In this document: piece after piece, positions 1-13,034 of the stretch
Layout: the number at the start of each line of letters is the position of its first letter
Numbering within the stretch: the first letter of the stretch is position 1
From: Paraspadella gotoi
Lineage: Eukaryota; Animalia; Chaetognatha
Assembly: GCA_051294375.1 (NCBI GenBank)
Contig: JBJCIZ010000239.1
Span: 5,467,808-5,531,807 of the forward strand
Length of the DNA stretch: 64,000 nucleotides
Reading direction: 5' to 3'
Made by a program: the position numbers and the translations under genes
The notes under the pieces: generated by a model
Seen by the model: only the letters and a program-made list of their open reading frames with translations
What the model was told of the DNA's origin: nothing
Databases searched by the model: none

Positions 1-91
1 AATTATTGAGAAAAAAAATTATTAGTCGAACGGGTCTGTTTAGCCTAAAAAGTATGTTTCTGTCAAAAAGTATAAATAAAAGCTCACTTAC

Positions 92-110
92 CACTGATTT
101 TCATTGATTC
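92..110 (-). CDS. Candidate 19-nt exon (GINENQ..)
   Basis: ttaag| ... TG|GTAAGT; its partner exon would be outside the window. Confidence 0.4.
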
Positions 111-808
111 CTTAAGGGTAAAAAAAAAATGAATTCTAATCATAAGAAAATTTTAAAATATTATTTATATAATATATAAAATACAAACTTATAAAAGATC
201 ATAGAAAATACCTAATAGTTATTACATATCAATTATAAAAATCGAATATTTAGAGATAACAAAGTTTTATATGTTACAAGTATAAAAGTTGATAGACCGA
301 TGCGGGTCGTGACTTTACTTCTGGTTAGAATAACTATTTTATTTCACATAATCGGACATGTTTTGACTCTTTGATTTTTTGAGTGATTTTTTTATCCGCG
401 CGAAGTGAAAAATTAGTTGTAAAACTCATTCTCTCTCTTTCTTCTTTAAATATTTGCGCTTGTGAAGTCTTGTAAAAATTAGAGTCGGAACATGTCTAAA
501 TATGCCTTAAAAATTTTTTTCTTTTGTTTTAATTTCTTTACATTAAAAACAAAAGAAAAAGAAAAGAAAAGAATTTTATATTATATTATATATTATTATA
601 TTATTTTTATTATTCTACAAACAAATCACAGATGTTCCGCTGTTTATCTTCAAACTTTGGACATTTTATTATCAGCATGGAAAAAACTTTCTATTTATCA
701 GTTTGTAATAGTAAGTTTATTTAATTAAATCAGTTGAAAATATGACCATTTTATTTTCTATTTATCTATGTACATTGCTTTCTTATTCATTAGAAACACT
801 TTTCTTAC

Positions 809-856
809 CTTTCATTCCATCTTTCACCTCATCTTCCAGTCTTGACTGTTTTAAAT
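809..856 (-). CDS. Ank2: Tail exon (DLKQSRLEDEVKDGMK)
   Basis: 48 nt, tttcag| ... AAG|GTAAGA, phase 1-1. Confidence 0.75.
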
Positions 857-1273
857 CTGAAAGAATAATTACTTCTTTTAATAAAGAAAACTAAAGGAAA
901 AAAAAGACCTTATAAAAGAAAAACTATGTCGCATTTGAATTTGCTTAAATTTGCTTAGATAATATAAGCCCTAATATTATTTAGATATGAATGTAACTTT
1001 TAAGATCATTTTCATATTATTTCCTATCATTAATTTCACAATCATTCATTAAAAATTGTTTTATAAGGTCTTTTAAAAAATCTATTCATAAAAAACAATT
1101 TATGATTAGGTAATTTGTTTATCATATATTTTTAAAAGTTTTTTAACTAATTTGTTGCATACAGTAAGAGTAGTAATTAAATAGAAAAAAAATTTAAATT
1201 TTGTTAAAAACATGAATTTTTATTACTTGATCCTAAATAAAATTCTCTTACTGTATATAACAAAATAGCTTAC

Positions 1274-4200
1274 CAGTTTTACTGTTACTTAAATCCCTCA
1301 ATCCAGCACCGGATCCAATATCTAATTCTTTAGTTTTAAAATCGTTTTCTGTTTTTGAAAGATCATCTTTTTTAAGAACTACAATATTTTCATTAAAAGG
1401 AATTTCTTTTTCTGATTGCTCTAGAGAAATATCACTTCCACAAAGAGAATCATGCTCAATACTATGTATTTTTCCACCAGTAGCTATCATTAATGAATCT
1501 GTAGAAAAATCGCCTTTGATGATACGTTCTGCCACACTTTCATCAAGAGAATCTTTTTGATGTTTTTCACTTTGGTTGCTCATATTAGATAATGAAGAAT
1601 TATCTAGTTGTTTAGAAAATCTTTTATCTGTTACTAACATACTGGAATATTCGTTAAATTTAGAATCAGGCAAACTTCCATGTATTGAAGTAGACATATT
1701 GATATAACTTCCCTGAAGAGAATCTAACTCTATGTCCTCTTCTGGTTGATTTTTATATTCTGATTCATTAAGTTCAAGAGAGTCTGCTGACTGGATCATC
1801 GGATCCTGATCATCTATTTTAGAAATATTGTTCGAAGCAATTCCGTCTAGAGAATCCATCATTAGTTTTTGTGGTAAGGGATTAAGTTCTAAAGAATCTG
1901 TTGATGTGATAAAAATATTACTAATATTAATTTCTTTTAGGTTAGAATCTTGTCTTGGAAAATTGTAATCGGTTCCTTCTAAAGAATCAATAGAAGTGAT
2001 AAGGGCATTTTCTTGATTTGAAGCACAAAGGGAATCAGCAGAAACAGTCATCATGTTATCTTCTCGCAAAGAATCAGTAGAGATTATCAAAGAGTTTGAC
2101 TCTTTAATTTGGGATGAAATCATAAAGTTTTTTATATTATTAACTTCAATATCATATTTTTCTTCACCTGAATTTATGTCAATGGACATTTCTTCTTCCT
2201 CTTCAACCGGTTTTTTTTCTGTGTCTGGTGAACTTAGAGAATCTTGGTCCATAGAAATATCTGGTTCTGATATTGGAGACATTTCTGGTTTGGCTTGTAT
2301 TTTATCTTTAGGCTTGGCAGGCAAAATTAAATCCTGGTGATCTTTAAAAACATTTATTCTTTGCATTTTACTACTATTGTCCTTGTTAAACTTTTCAATT
2401 TGATCCTGGTCATAAGTTTTTTGATTCGTACTAGATATGCTACTGAACTGAGATTTAAAATTTTCTGAAACAATTTCACTTTCCAATTTTTCAAATTCTT
2501 GTAGAGATGATAAAGAACCAAATACAGCAGAGGGAGGCAATTTAGTATTTTTGCTTGGATCAATATTCATAAAATTTTCTGAATCTGTCATTGAGTTTTC
2601 TTCAAGATTTATTGCATGTTCAATGCTTTCAAATTCAGCTAACGAACCTTTGGAGGAAATTGAACAAATTTCATCAAATTCCTGTTGAATATCTGATTTT
2701 GGAATCTGATTTGGCAATGTAGATGTGGTGAGATTTGATTCTGACCTTCTTGTTTTGGAAACAACATCTTTATCACAGACTAGTTGCTTTGAAAAATCAC
2801 AAAAAAGAAAACTGTTTGGTTTAACAACCTCATTTTCATTTTTTTGGTTATCTAATGACGAATCATTTGTACTTATTCTGAAAGCATCATCTGGAATAGG
2901 GGAAAGAGGTCTATCAATAGAAACATTTTCTTGGTGAGATAATAAAAGTAAGCTCGCACCATGAAAGGGTTGACAAGGAACAGACTCTGGCCGACTTGAA
3001 GCCCTGAGTTCGGCATCTGGGTGAACATCGGTTGAAGATTCAGAATGTGGCCTGGGATAACTAATTTCATTTTTGCAATTGTCAATGTCTGATTCAACTT
3101 CAAATAACATCTGAAGCTCTGGTTCCATAGAACCTTGATTAGCCAAATAAGGTTTATGCTCCAAAGTATCAGTTTCAGACAATATAAATGTTTTTTTCTT
3201 AACTGAACCTTGTTTTAAATCAGATTCTGTCTGTTTATTATGATCAGATAATTTTAATAAAATTTGTTCTTTTTTATTTTCTTGAAGTTTTTCAATATTA
3301 GCTGAATTAGAACTTTCAATATTCAAATTGCTCAATTGGACATCATTGATTTCTTTGGCAAAGTGATCCAAGGGTTTGCCACTTTGATTGAAAATAGATG
3401 TCTCTACCTTTTGTGAGGAAACTGTCACCTTGTTATTGCTTATAGCATTAGATTCTGGCATTTCATCGGATGGGGTTTCAATGTCATACAAAGTATGTGA
3501 AGAAGAAACCATGGGGTCGGCTTGTTCACAATGAAGACCCTGAAGTTCATCGGTTGCAATTGCAGAACTATCAGAGAGCTGCAATGCATGTGAATCTACT
3601 GATATGCCCTCCATTTGTTGTAGGGATCCTGTGGATATTGGACTGGTAGAAAAAGAAGTAGAATAAGGAGGTAAAATATGACTGTCTGTATTGAGAGTAG
3701 TCTTACCATTAGGCAACTCAGTTTCAGAATTATTTTTGTTATCCTGACCAGATAAAAAAGAGCCCATAATATTTTTTTTATTTAAATTTCTTATATTTTC
3801 GTTTTCTTTGATACAAATTGAGCCTTCAAAATGTTTTTTAAAACTGCTTTTAGTTTCATAAAAATTTTGATTTAGAATCTGACCATCTTCATCTGACTCA
3901 AATGATTCCTCCCTAATAATTTCTAGACTTTCCCTTTCACCTATACCTCCACCTATAGCCTTTTCTTGAAGCCCTGTTGCACCTGAACATTTCTCACTAT
4001 CTCTGAGTAGCAAATACTCTTCATATCCTTCAAGATCATCCATACAAATTATCTCAAAGGGTGAACAGGGCTTATTTACTAAAAAAGGATCAGTTTCCTT
4101 GGGTGAATCATCACTAACATCAAGTATATTTGCATTACTTTTTGCAGCATCATAAGCTCTATTGGGAAGCAATGACATTAATTCTTCTTCTTCATCGTCA

Positions 4201-5695
4201 TCAGTAAAGTTTTCTGTAACGGCTCCCTCACTTGAAATATCTGAGACCAAAGACTGTCGTCTGATTTCTAAATTGGAAATTCCTAGCGAGGTTGGAACAC
4301 TAATGCCATCAGATTTCTCAACAAGTGTACTTTCAGGTTTTTGAATAATCTTTGGAGCAATATCATCTGTTATGGTTAAATCATCCGGTCCATCTAATAA
4401 TTCCGAATTCTCAACAGTTTTAAGATGGCCAGAATCAACATCAGGCGTAATTGAAGCTGCTGAATGTTCCTGGGACTCAACAGAATGGTACAATGTGGAA
4501 GATTCAAAAGAAGAATTCATAGAGCGAAAAGGTGTGGAATCAGATTCTGCAGTTGAAAGGTTTGTCATAGCAGATTCATACATAGAACTTCTTGGAGATG
4601 ATACAGATGAAGCGCAAGATTGGTAAATTGAAGAACTGGAAACCTTACCATTTTTTTCTGATACCGAAAAAGAATCAGAATCTTGGGTCAAATGATGTAT
4701 GCTCGAAGTTTCTTCACTAGATTGTTTTGAAACAAATTTTTCCTCCACACTTTCAATAGTTTTGCTGTCTGTTGTAATTTTGCTGAAAGCTTTGGAATCA
4801 ACTTCCAAAATCTTTTTTTGATGCTCTAATGATGAACTTTTTTTTTCTATAGTTTGACAGTTGCTCAAATTAACTGCTGTATAATCATATTTATTCATAG
4901 TATCTTTTGAAATACTCTTAATATTATTTTTGTTTAAAACATTTAAATCTTTTTGAATCAATTGATTTTGCTCTATTTTAGCAACTGAATTATCTGATTT
5001 TTCAATCTTTATTTCTTCTGTTGTATTTTTTTCAAACATGCTTTGACTATAACAATTTGATTCTTGCAAACTTATACTATAATTTTCTTTTTTTTGGTCT
5101 TTAGATGAGATTTTAATACTCTCATCCTTATTTATATTTTTTATTGTACCATTCACAGAATCTTCTTTTTTGTGTATCTCTCCTGTACCAATTACATTTA
5201 TTTTAGAAGTTGTTATATTATCTAATTGTTCTATTGTGGATAATGATTCACTTAAACTTTCAAATGATTTTTTTGACTCTTGTGAAGGACTTTCATTTAT
5301 AGGTGATAAAGCTTTGTGACTCATAGGTAATAGATTCTGTTCAATATTCTTATTATTTGAGGTATTTTCAGTGTTTTCAGATTGCAATACATCATCAGTT
5401 TTATCTAAACTTTCAAAAGCATAATTGTCATAACATTGTTCATTGTTACCTTTGGTAAAAACGTTATTTAAAACTTCTGCATATTCTGATTTCTCTAAAC
5501 TGCTATTCAAATTTGCTACTTGATTTTCAGGTATAGACTGTTTTAGCACATTAAACTGAGGTTGATACTGATTATGATCTTTGTGCTCTATTGCAATCTT
5601 TGGCAAAAATGTTTCATGCTTTGGTGAATCAATTGGAGATTGAATTGGTGACGGTAAGTCAACAACTTTATATGTTTCCCCAGTCAGTAATTCTT
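1274..5695 (-). CDS. Ank2: Giant exon (4422 nt, about 1474 aa; S/E/D/N-rich with DSL repeats)
   Basis: ORF 1248-5606 extends upstream in frame to aag| at 5695/5696; donor G|GTAAGC; symmetric phase 1-1. Confidence 0.88.
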
Positions 5696-7938
5696 CTTTA
5701 TATGATATTAAAAATGTTTAGACGAATTGTAATAAAATTAGATATTGGACCATTTGGGAGCAGCAAGAAAAAAGAATGTGAAAGAGATGGCATAAAAAGG
5801 TTTTGTAATTGAATGCAATCTTCTCATTTTTCATATAAATCCAACTGGACAGTTTGACATAAAATTTTATTTAAAATACTAAAAATATACTTAATATACA
5901 AATGAATAGGATAAAACGAGGCGACAAATGTACTTTTGGTTCAACCAAAATCTAAAAATACTGTTACTCTTTTAAATCTTTTACATAGTAACCCTTAAAA
6001 AAAGCATGTGCAGTGCAAAGTTGGTTGAAGCAATTTTAAACATCATAAAGCTAAATATATTTGCTGTGCATTATGTCCATATATTTTTTTTAAATCAATA
6101 AGAGAAAAAGTTCGTTCTGTAACCAGGATTGGCATGTCAAAAAAACTCTGAACTATCTTTCATAAGAATGTTATAGAATGTTTAATAAGATTTCTTTCAC
6201 AAATGTCCAGATCAATTTTAAATATTGAAGATTGCAATGATGCAACTGGCATTTTTATCTCATCTCTTTTAGATATAAGATTGAAGCTGGATAAAAAAAA
6301 ATCAAGGAGAATACATAAATGCTAGGAAAATCATACAGTAGATGCATGATTTGTGTAATAAGTGCAAAAACTTCAAAACAAAAACTTTCAGTAACATGCA
6401 ATTCATTTGAATTTCTGTGAGTAAAGCTTTCCTTGGATGATTAAATTTTAAGATTTAAAATTTTTCTATATTTTAAATAAGTCGTAAAAGTATTATATGA
6501 AAAATTAAAAAAATTTAAACAATGAATTACCGAACTTTTGTTTGTATACTTTTTTTTATTATTTTATAACTTTTAACTTTTTATTCTTAAATAAAATCAA
6601 GTGCCAAGCTTTACTAAAAAAAATTATCTTTCAGCCCATCCTAATGCTGTATAAATAAAAAAAATATATTTTTAAATAATTTATTAGTAAAACTAAAAAA
6701 GCCAAAATAGTTCCTGTAAAAAATTAAAGGCACATTGTAAAAATCTTATCAAACATTCTTCATGAGTTAGGGTAGGAAAAATATACCATGTATCAAAGCG
6801 ACAGCCATTGAAAACTTGGAAGGAGCTTGACATGCCCAACACTGATCTTTATGTTTTATTTCAGGTAAATGTGCTTAAAAAATTTATAGGACAGGCATAT
6901 AAAAATCGAATTTATACATTTTTTTTGTATAACTTGACACCTTCAGGATTCAGTAAATTAAAATGAATAAGCAGAATAAATATAACTAAAATTATTAAAT
7001 AATTCTAAAATAAAACTATGAACAAGCAAACAAAGAGGAACTCCATGTTCAAAAATAATTATATTATATACAGTTGTTTTAGATTGCAAAAAAATATTAG
7101 TATGCTTAAACAGTTCTGACTAAAAACTAAACCCATAACTGCAGATTGTTAAAAAGAAAAAAAATATTGATAGCCAAACAATCAATATTGTCATACTGTT
7201 TTTGAATCACCTGATTTAAACTTTAAAAAACTAATTGCGGATTAAAAAATATTTGACATCATCTAATAATTTATTCATTATTTACTTAATTTGGTAAATG
7301 ATTTAGCCCACAATTTTGTCTATTTTTAGATAAAAATAACGTTTAAATATCTTATTATAAAAATATTATTAAGCCTTATGCCATTTTAATGAGTATCATT
7401 AAGAATTATTTATCAAAAAATTTTTAAATAAAAAAATTAACATATATTTGGGTAAAAAGCCTTAACTAATTGGTCATAACTATGGCATATATAACACTTA
7501 ACTAATATATTTATTTCTAAAAACATAATTAGAATAAATAGTTTTACTTTATTTTTAGTATATTATTTTATCCCTTCAATACTGTATAACTCAAGAAGCA
7601 GATCTTTAGTCAGAACTAAATATATTTATACAATAAAAAACCCAATCATAAAAACAAAAGATTATCAAAATTAGGGCCTAAAGGAGTCAAGATAAAAAGC
7701 CCAATCAATTTAAAAAAAAACACGTTTAACATGCAATGGAAAACAAAGGCCAGATACACTTTTTTTGCTATTATTACATTATAAGAAAATGTTTTATAAA
7801 CCAGTATCATGGCTTTTGGGTTTAGAATTGAAGTCAAAGTGAATTATATACTCAAATACAATTAAAACTAACTTTGACAACAATAGACAAACTGAAGCGC
7901 CACTGAGTAGCTATAACAAGAAGCATAAGCTTTATTAC

Positions 7939-9847
7939 CTGAAACTTTTTTATTTGAGTGACCTATCTCGGTAATTTCTGGTCCAATCATCCCCAACATT
8001 AATGTAGGGGACGATGAATCATGACTTGCTTCAGCAGCAGAACCTGTAAAACTTTGGTCTTCTGGCCCAGTCGGTAGGACAATTTCTTCAAAAGGATATT
8101 CTTTCCCTTTTTGCAAACTTTGATGCATAATTTTTTCTTTTCCTAATTCATCTTTAATAACCACAGATTTAGTAACTTTTCTTTTAACTGTACCATCAGC
8201 GGTTTCCCAGCTTTCAATTCGTTCAGTACATATTTTTGCAGCATCTTCAGAGGATTTTAAATCATCATCTCCAGAGGATGGAGAGAGAGCAGACATTGCT
8301 GCATCTGCTGCAACACATGGTCCTGAGATAAAATTAAATTCTGATGAATCAGGTTTTGAGTGTTGAATTGATGCAATCCCATCTTTTGAATCACCAACTG
8401 ATGGCTGACCCCTGTTCAGAACATCACTAATTTCCTCCTCAAGGTCACCTCGAGGAGAACTTCGGATTTCTTTTCCATCACCTTCCATGCTACCACCAAT
8501 TGATTCTCCCCCAGCTCCAGAGGTAGATGAAGAAGCTGGAATAGAAGCTACCTCATCAAGACTATCCTGTTTAGTTCCAGAACTGCTCGCAGTAAGTCCA
8601 TCTTTGCTTGTAGAAGCAACTTTAGCAATATCTTCTCGTTGAGCTTGTAGTGCAGCCATATCTTCCAGATCAATTTCTGAAGAGGTTCTTGTTGAAAATT
8701 CCACTTCCATTGAAGACTGAGGATGAGCTTCCATTTTATGATAAGCAACATCAATCTGTTCTTTTGAAAGTCCTGGTTGGCAAACAGAACCAGGTTTTTC
8801 TTTCACCCAATCTGATAACCTATAATACTGTTCTTGATCTTTTGAGGGCATAGATTTTACAGTTTCTTTCACAAAAGCCTCATTAATAAGTTGTTTTGAT
8901 GTTTTATCAACATCCAAATCAGGACGAATCAAATTTTTTTCTAAAGTAACACTGTCTTGACTAGTAGATTTTTCTTTTTCCTTTAAATCATCCTGCATTT
9001 TTTTCTCAACATCTTCAGGTGTATCAGGTGTCTGTCTAAATTCTAAATGACCAGAATTAAATGGGTGAGCGGATTCAAATGGAACTTCTTCATATGTTTC
9101 TTGAGCAAACAACTGCGCTCTTTGAAGCTGTGGACTAGCACTACTGATTTCACATGCAACATGGAGAGTCTCTGAAACATCAGGCATTATGTTTTCAGTT
9201 TTTTTTAACTGTTCTTGTTCTCTGGCAATTATTTCTCTTGGTACACAAGGAGTTTCATCTGGAGAAAACGGTTCTTCAGAAGAATTAGAATGTTGCTTCA
9301 TACTTGAGGATTTGGAGGACTTGTTTAATCGCTGATACATTTTGGCTTGTTCATCAAATAACCTTTGCTCTTGTTCCACTTTTTTTTCAAAAAGATTTAG
9401 ACGATCAGATACTTTAACAGGTATATTTTCATCAATGCTCTCTTGAATGTGACTAATATTTTCTTCAGCTTTTTCATCTTGCTTGGGCACTTTAGGTTGT
9501 GACATTTTGACGTCTAATGATTTACCCAATTTATGAATCCGATCAGAAATCGAGAGATCAGTTTGATCATCAAAATCTTTATAGTCGTCATTTTCTTTAG
9601 ATTTTAAGGTTACATGAGGCTCTTTCAATGGTCTCGATGCAACAACATGAGACAAGCTTTGTCCAAGTTTAGCTACTCTCTCTGAGATTGAAAGATTTTC
9701 TTCTTCAACTTCAGCCTCTTCTTCAGTTGGTATATCTTTTTTACGGGATTGCAAAACAATTGCCATCTCATCCATTACATTCTTATCAAGTATCGCTTTT
9801 TTTGATGAACCTCTTTTTGGTTTAATAAGACCTTCCTCTAATTTTTC
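7939..9847 (-). CDS. Ank2: Large exon 1 (1909 nt, about 636 aa; acidic, S/E/K-rich, probably disordered)
   Basis: ORF 7868-9859 trimmed to ttttcag| ... CAG|GTAATA, phase 0-1. Confidence 0.88.
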
Positions 9848-9926
9848 CTGAAAAGTCAAGATGACTTAATTTAAGGTAAATATTATTAAGAATAGGATAT
9901 AAATTTTCCTAAAGTCTAACTATCAC

Positions 9927-10009
9927 CTCAAAAGGACCCGATTTTTCAACATCATTTGAGATTGTTGTTACTATCACATCTGTGAGTTTAGGAAGTTCCT
10001 CTGCTTGTT
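9927..10009 (-). CDS. Ank2: Tail exon (EQAEELPKLTDVIVTTISNDVEKSGPFE)
   Basis: 83 nt, supplies the phase 1-to-0 change needed for the next exon. Confidence 0.75.
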
Positions 10010-10298
10010 CTATTAATCATTAAAAATAATATTTATCAAAATATTCAATGATTATTTGAGAGTTGATATTGAGTGACAATTTAAATAAATCCAAGGAAAG
10101 CATTAAAGAGCAAAGATAGGATTAGATCAGTAAAACAAATGCAATAAAAAATTTTCTTGCATCAGTACCATAAAAATATTAAAGTTGAAGAATAATTATA
10201 TTAATTCTGGTAACTAATGCTTTAAATTAACATTCAAGTGCAAAGTGTTTTTTTAACATGTACGTGCAAAAAATCAATATAGTTTAAAAATTACTTAC

Positions 10299-10325
10299 CA
10301 ATTGGGATGTCCACTGGAGGTAAAC
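10299..10325 (-). CDS. Ank2: 27-nt microexon (GLPPVDIPI)
   Basis: ttttag| ... G|GTAAGT, phase 1-1. Confidence 0.75.
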
Positions 10326-10724
10326 CTAAAAAAACAATTAAAAAAAAAGAAGAAACAAGCTCTAAACCACCGTATGTTGCTGAACAATCCCATTCTTTAA
10401 CTGATCTTATATTTAAAAAATATGCCTCATCTACCAAAATGATAAAAGAGAAAGTACATATTTTAAGTACTGAATAAATAACTGTTTACAATTTTTGTAT
10501 TGCTAAATAATTTTATCATAATTTGTAATTTTTCAAATAAAAAACTTTTTTTTTTGTTTACAAACAATTATTTTTTTATAATATAAAAATAAAATCAGGT
10601 ATTTTAAACTTTTTCTGCAGAAATAAAAAACTCATAACTATGCAATATATCTCCATAGTCTGTATCTGAAAACTCATATTATCAAATACTTAAAAATTTT
10701 ATAGGTTTTTCTTTAAAATCTTAC

Positions 10725-10808
10725 CATCAGATGGATTTTCTTCTGATCTAGGAGGCTTGGCCAACTCAAGCTGATCAACTGCCTTTTGCAAAATGGGTTC
10801 TGCTGAGC
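10725..10808 (-). CDS. Ank2: Tail exon (GSAEPILQKAVDQLELAKPPRSEENPSD)
   Basis: 84 nt, phase 1-1. Confidence 0.8.
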
Positions 10809-11651
10809 CTACAAAATAAAAAGTTTAGCTGATTAGAATATACTAAAGCAAAAAGAATTCCGAAAAATGATACTCAATGGGTATTTGACAGAACCGACAT
10901 TATATACTTGGACTACTTTTTTAAGTAATGTCAGTCCCTCTTTTCAAAGACAAAAAGGTTGACACAATTAAAGCAATTTAATTTCATGCAGGTAATCAGA
11001 TTTATAACTGATTGAAAGCCCACAATAATTAGCTACAAAATGCTATAAAGTTAATTTTACATTTTTTTCATAGTAAATTAAATAAAAACTATATTACAGC
11101 CTAAAAATCATTATTATTCTATTTGCTCTAAGATAACAGACTTGAAAATTATAATCAGTTAGAAATTAGGAAATATTTTACTTTAAAAAAAACCAGCACA
11201 AATGAAAAACTATAAACAGCAAACCACCATAAAAGAAAAAGGGAAATTACAAAAAAAATATTTCTTTGATAAATAACTTTCAATTTAAAACTTTGTCTTT
11301 TAATGCTATAATATTAGTTGCTTTGTCAATAAGAGCTGTATTCTAAAGAATTATACTCCTTTATTTTTTCTTCTCCTTCATTTTTGTATATTTTAAAGAT
11401 ACTTCAATCATAAAAATATTATTAATTTCTGACGTTCAATGTAAGATTTAAAGCATATTTTGAATACTATTATATGAAGCAATTTTTGACTAACGTTCTA
11501 TGTGTTTTACAAATTATCAAAATAAAAACAATTGGAGTTAAAAGCGCTGAAAAAAAAATATTATAATTGCAGACAGTTAAACAGTGTTTCTGTGCACATT
11601 ACTGAAGCAGCGAAAGAAATTAATGATTAAAATATTGCTCAATATTGAAAC

Positions 11652-11795
11652 CTTGATTGAAAGTGTCAGCTGAATCAAGAATCTTAATCAAATGTTGCTC
11701 AGAAGAAATAAAAGACTTTATTTCGTTTTGTCCTTGACAAACGCTGTCAGTTTTTTTTTGGTTAACAATTGTGTCATCTGTTTCAGTACTCTCTC
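11652..11795 (-). CDS. Ank2: Candidate tail exon (GESTETDDTIVNQKK...ADTFNQ)
   Basis: 144 nt open, phase 1-1, weak donor AAG|GTTTCA. Confidence 0.55.
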
Positions 11796-12346
11796 CTATT
11801 TTTTAAAAGCCGCAAGAAAAATTATCAAATAAAAAAATTATGAGAATTTTGAATTCATAATCCATTAAAATTTATAATTACTTTTTAGATCTACTACCTT
11901 ATTTTAATAAACTTATCTGGGAACTATAATAATAAAAACAATGATCAAACAAGTATCATTATTATTTTCATTAATTATTATTAATTTTGAAAAATGTTAT
12001 TCATATTAATACAAATATCTGTAGTACTTAAAAATATTAAGGAATAAAATCATGAACTGCTCAAAACAAGTTCTCTAAAAAAAAATATGAGAAAATACAA
12101 ATGATAGGTTTTTTTAAATGGCAGTAGATTAAAAAGTCATTAACTCTAAATTTCAATTTTCACCCAAATCACATCTTCCCTAATGGAGTTCCGGTTAGTA
12201 AATCAAGTATATTTTTACAGTTTTTTTTTAATATCCGCTATTCTATTGGAATCACAGAATGTTTTCTGTTAGTAGTACCATTTTTCAATGAGATCTCATT
12301 TTCTATTTGCCATTAGGCACATAGATTTCTGTGAGTTTAAACTTGC

Positions 12347-12436
12347 CTTCTTCATAAGAATTATTTGGTGGAAAAGTTGATTCCAAATCAGCCATCATAA
12401 ACTCTTCACCTTGTTTGGTGTCTTTGAAGAGTTTTT
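12347..12436 (-). CDS. Ank2: Tail exon with GC donor (EKLFKDTKQGEEFMMADLESTFPPNNSYEE)
   Basis: 90 nt, phase 1-1, AAG|GCAAGT. Confidence 0.55.
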
Positions 12437-12675
12437 CTTTGGAATGGGGTTTATTGGGTTTTAGATTTTAAGGAAAACAAATAGTTTTTTTTTCAAGATT
12501 CATAATTAAAAAAATAATTACCCATGGTATGGTACATTCAAAATTTTAAAAATGTTGATACATGTATTAGACTTATTTCTCTTTTCATTATATTTATTAT
12601 TTTGCAAAAAAAATATAGGCAGAAGAGAATTGAGTCTAAATTTAAGTAGAACACTAATTAGAATAAATGAAATAC

Positions 12676-12750
12676 CTTTAACATCTGAAGAAGGCTTCGA
12701 AGATTCTTTTTCTTTCTCTTTAGCTAGTACAGTATCTTCTTGAATACAGT
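12676..12750 (-). CDS. Ank2: Tail exon (DCIQEDTVLAKEKEKESSKPSSDVK)
   Basis: 75 nt, phase 1-1. Confidence 0.75.
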
Positions 12751-13034
12751 CTAAAAATCATTAGGCCAAAACCCAGTTTAAAGCAATCGATATTAATAAT
12801 ATTATGAAGCCCATAAAAAAAATGCAAAACACATTAGATTAGGTTTTGTTAAAATATTCAAACATAACTTTTTTTTTTAATATTTGAATTAGACAAATAT
12901 TAATACCTAAATTGTTAAAAAAAACTAAAGAATATTTAATAAGGATTACAATGTTTTAACAATTTTTAAAACTCTTTTTTATCAACCTCTATTTTATGGG
13001 CTTCAATCTGAATTATAATTATTAAAAACTTTAC

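Noticed and set aside
2053-4626. Plus-strand ORFs opposite the giant exon
   Set aside because: Antisense shadows of the long minus-strand coding frame.
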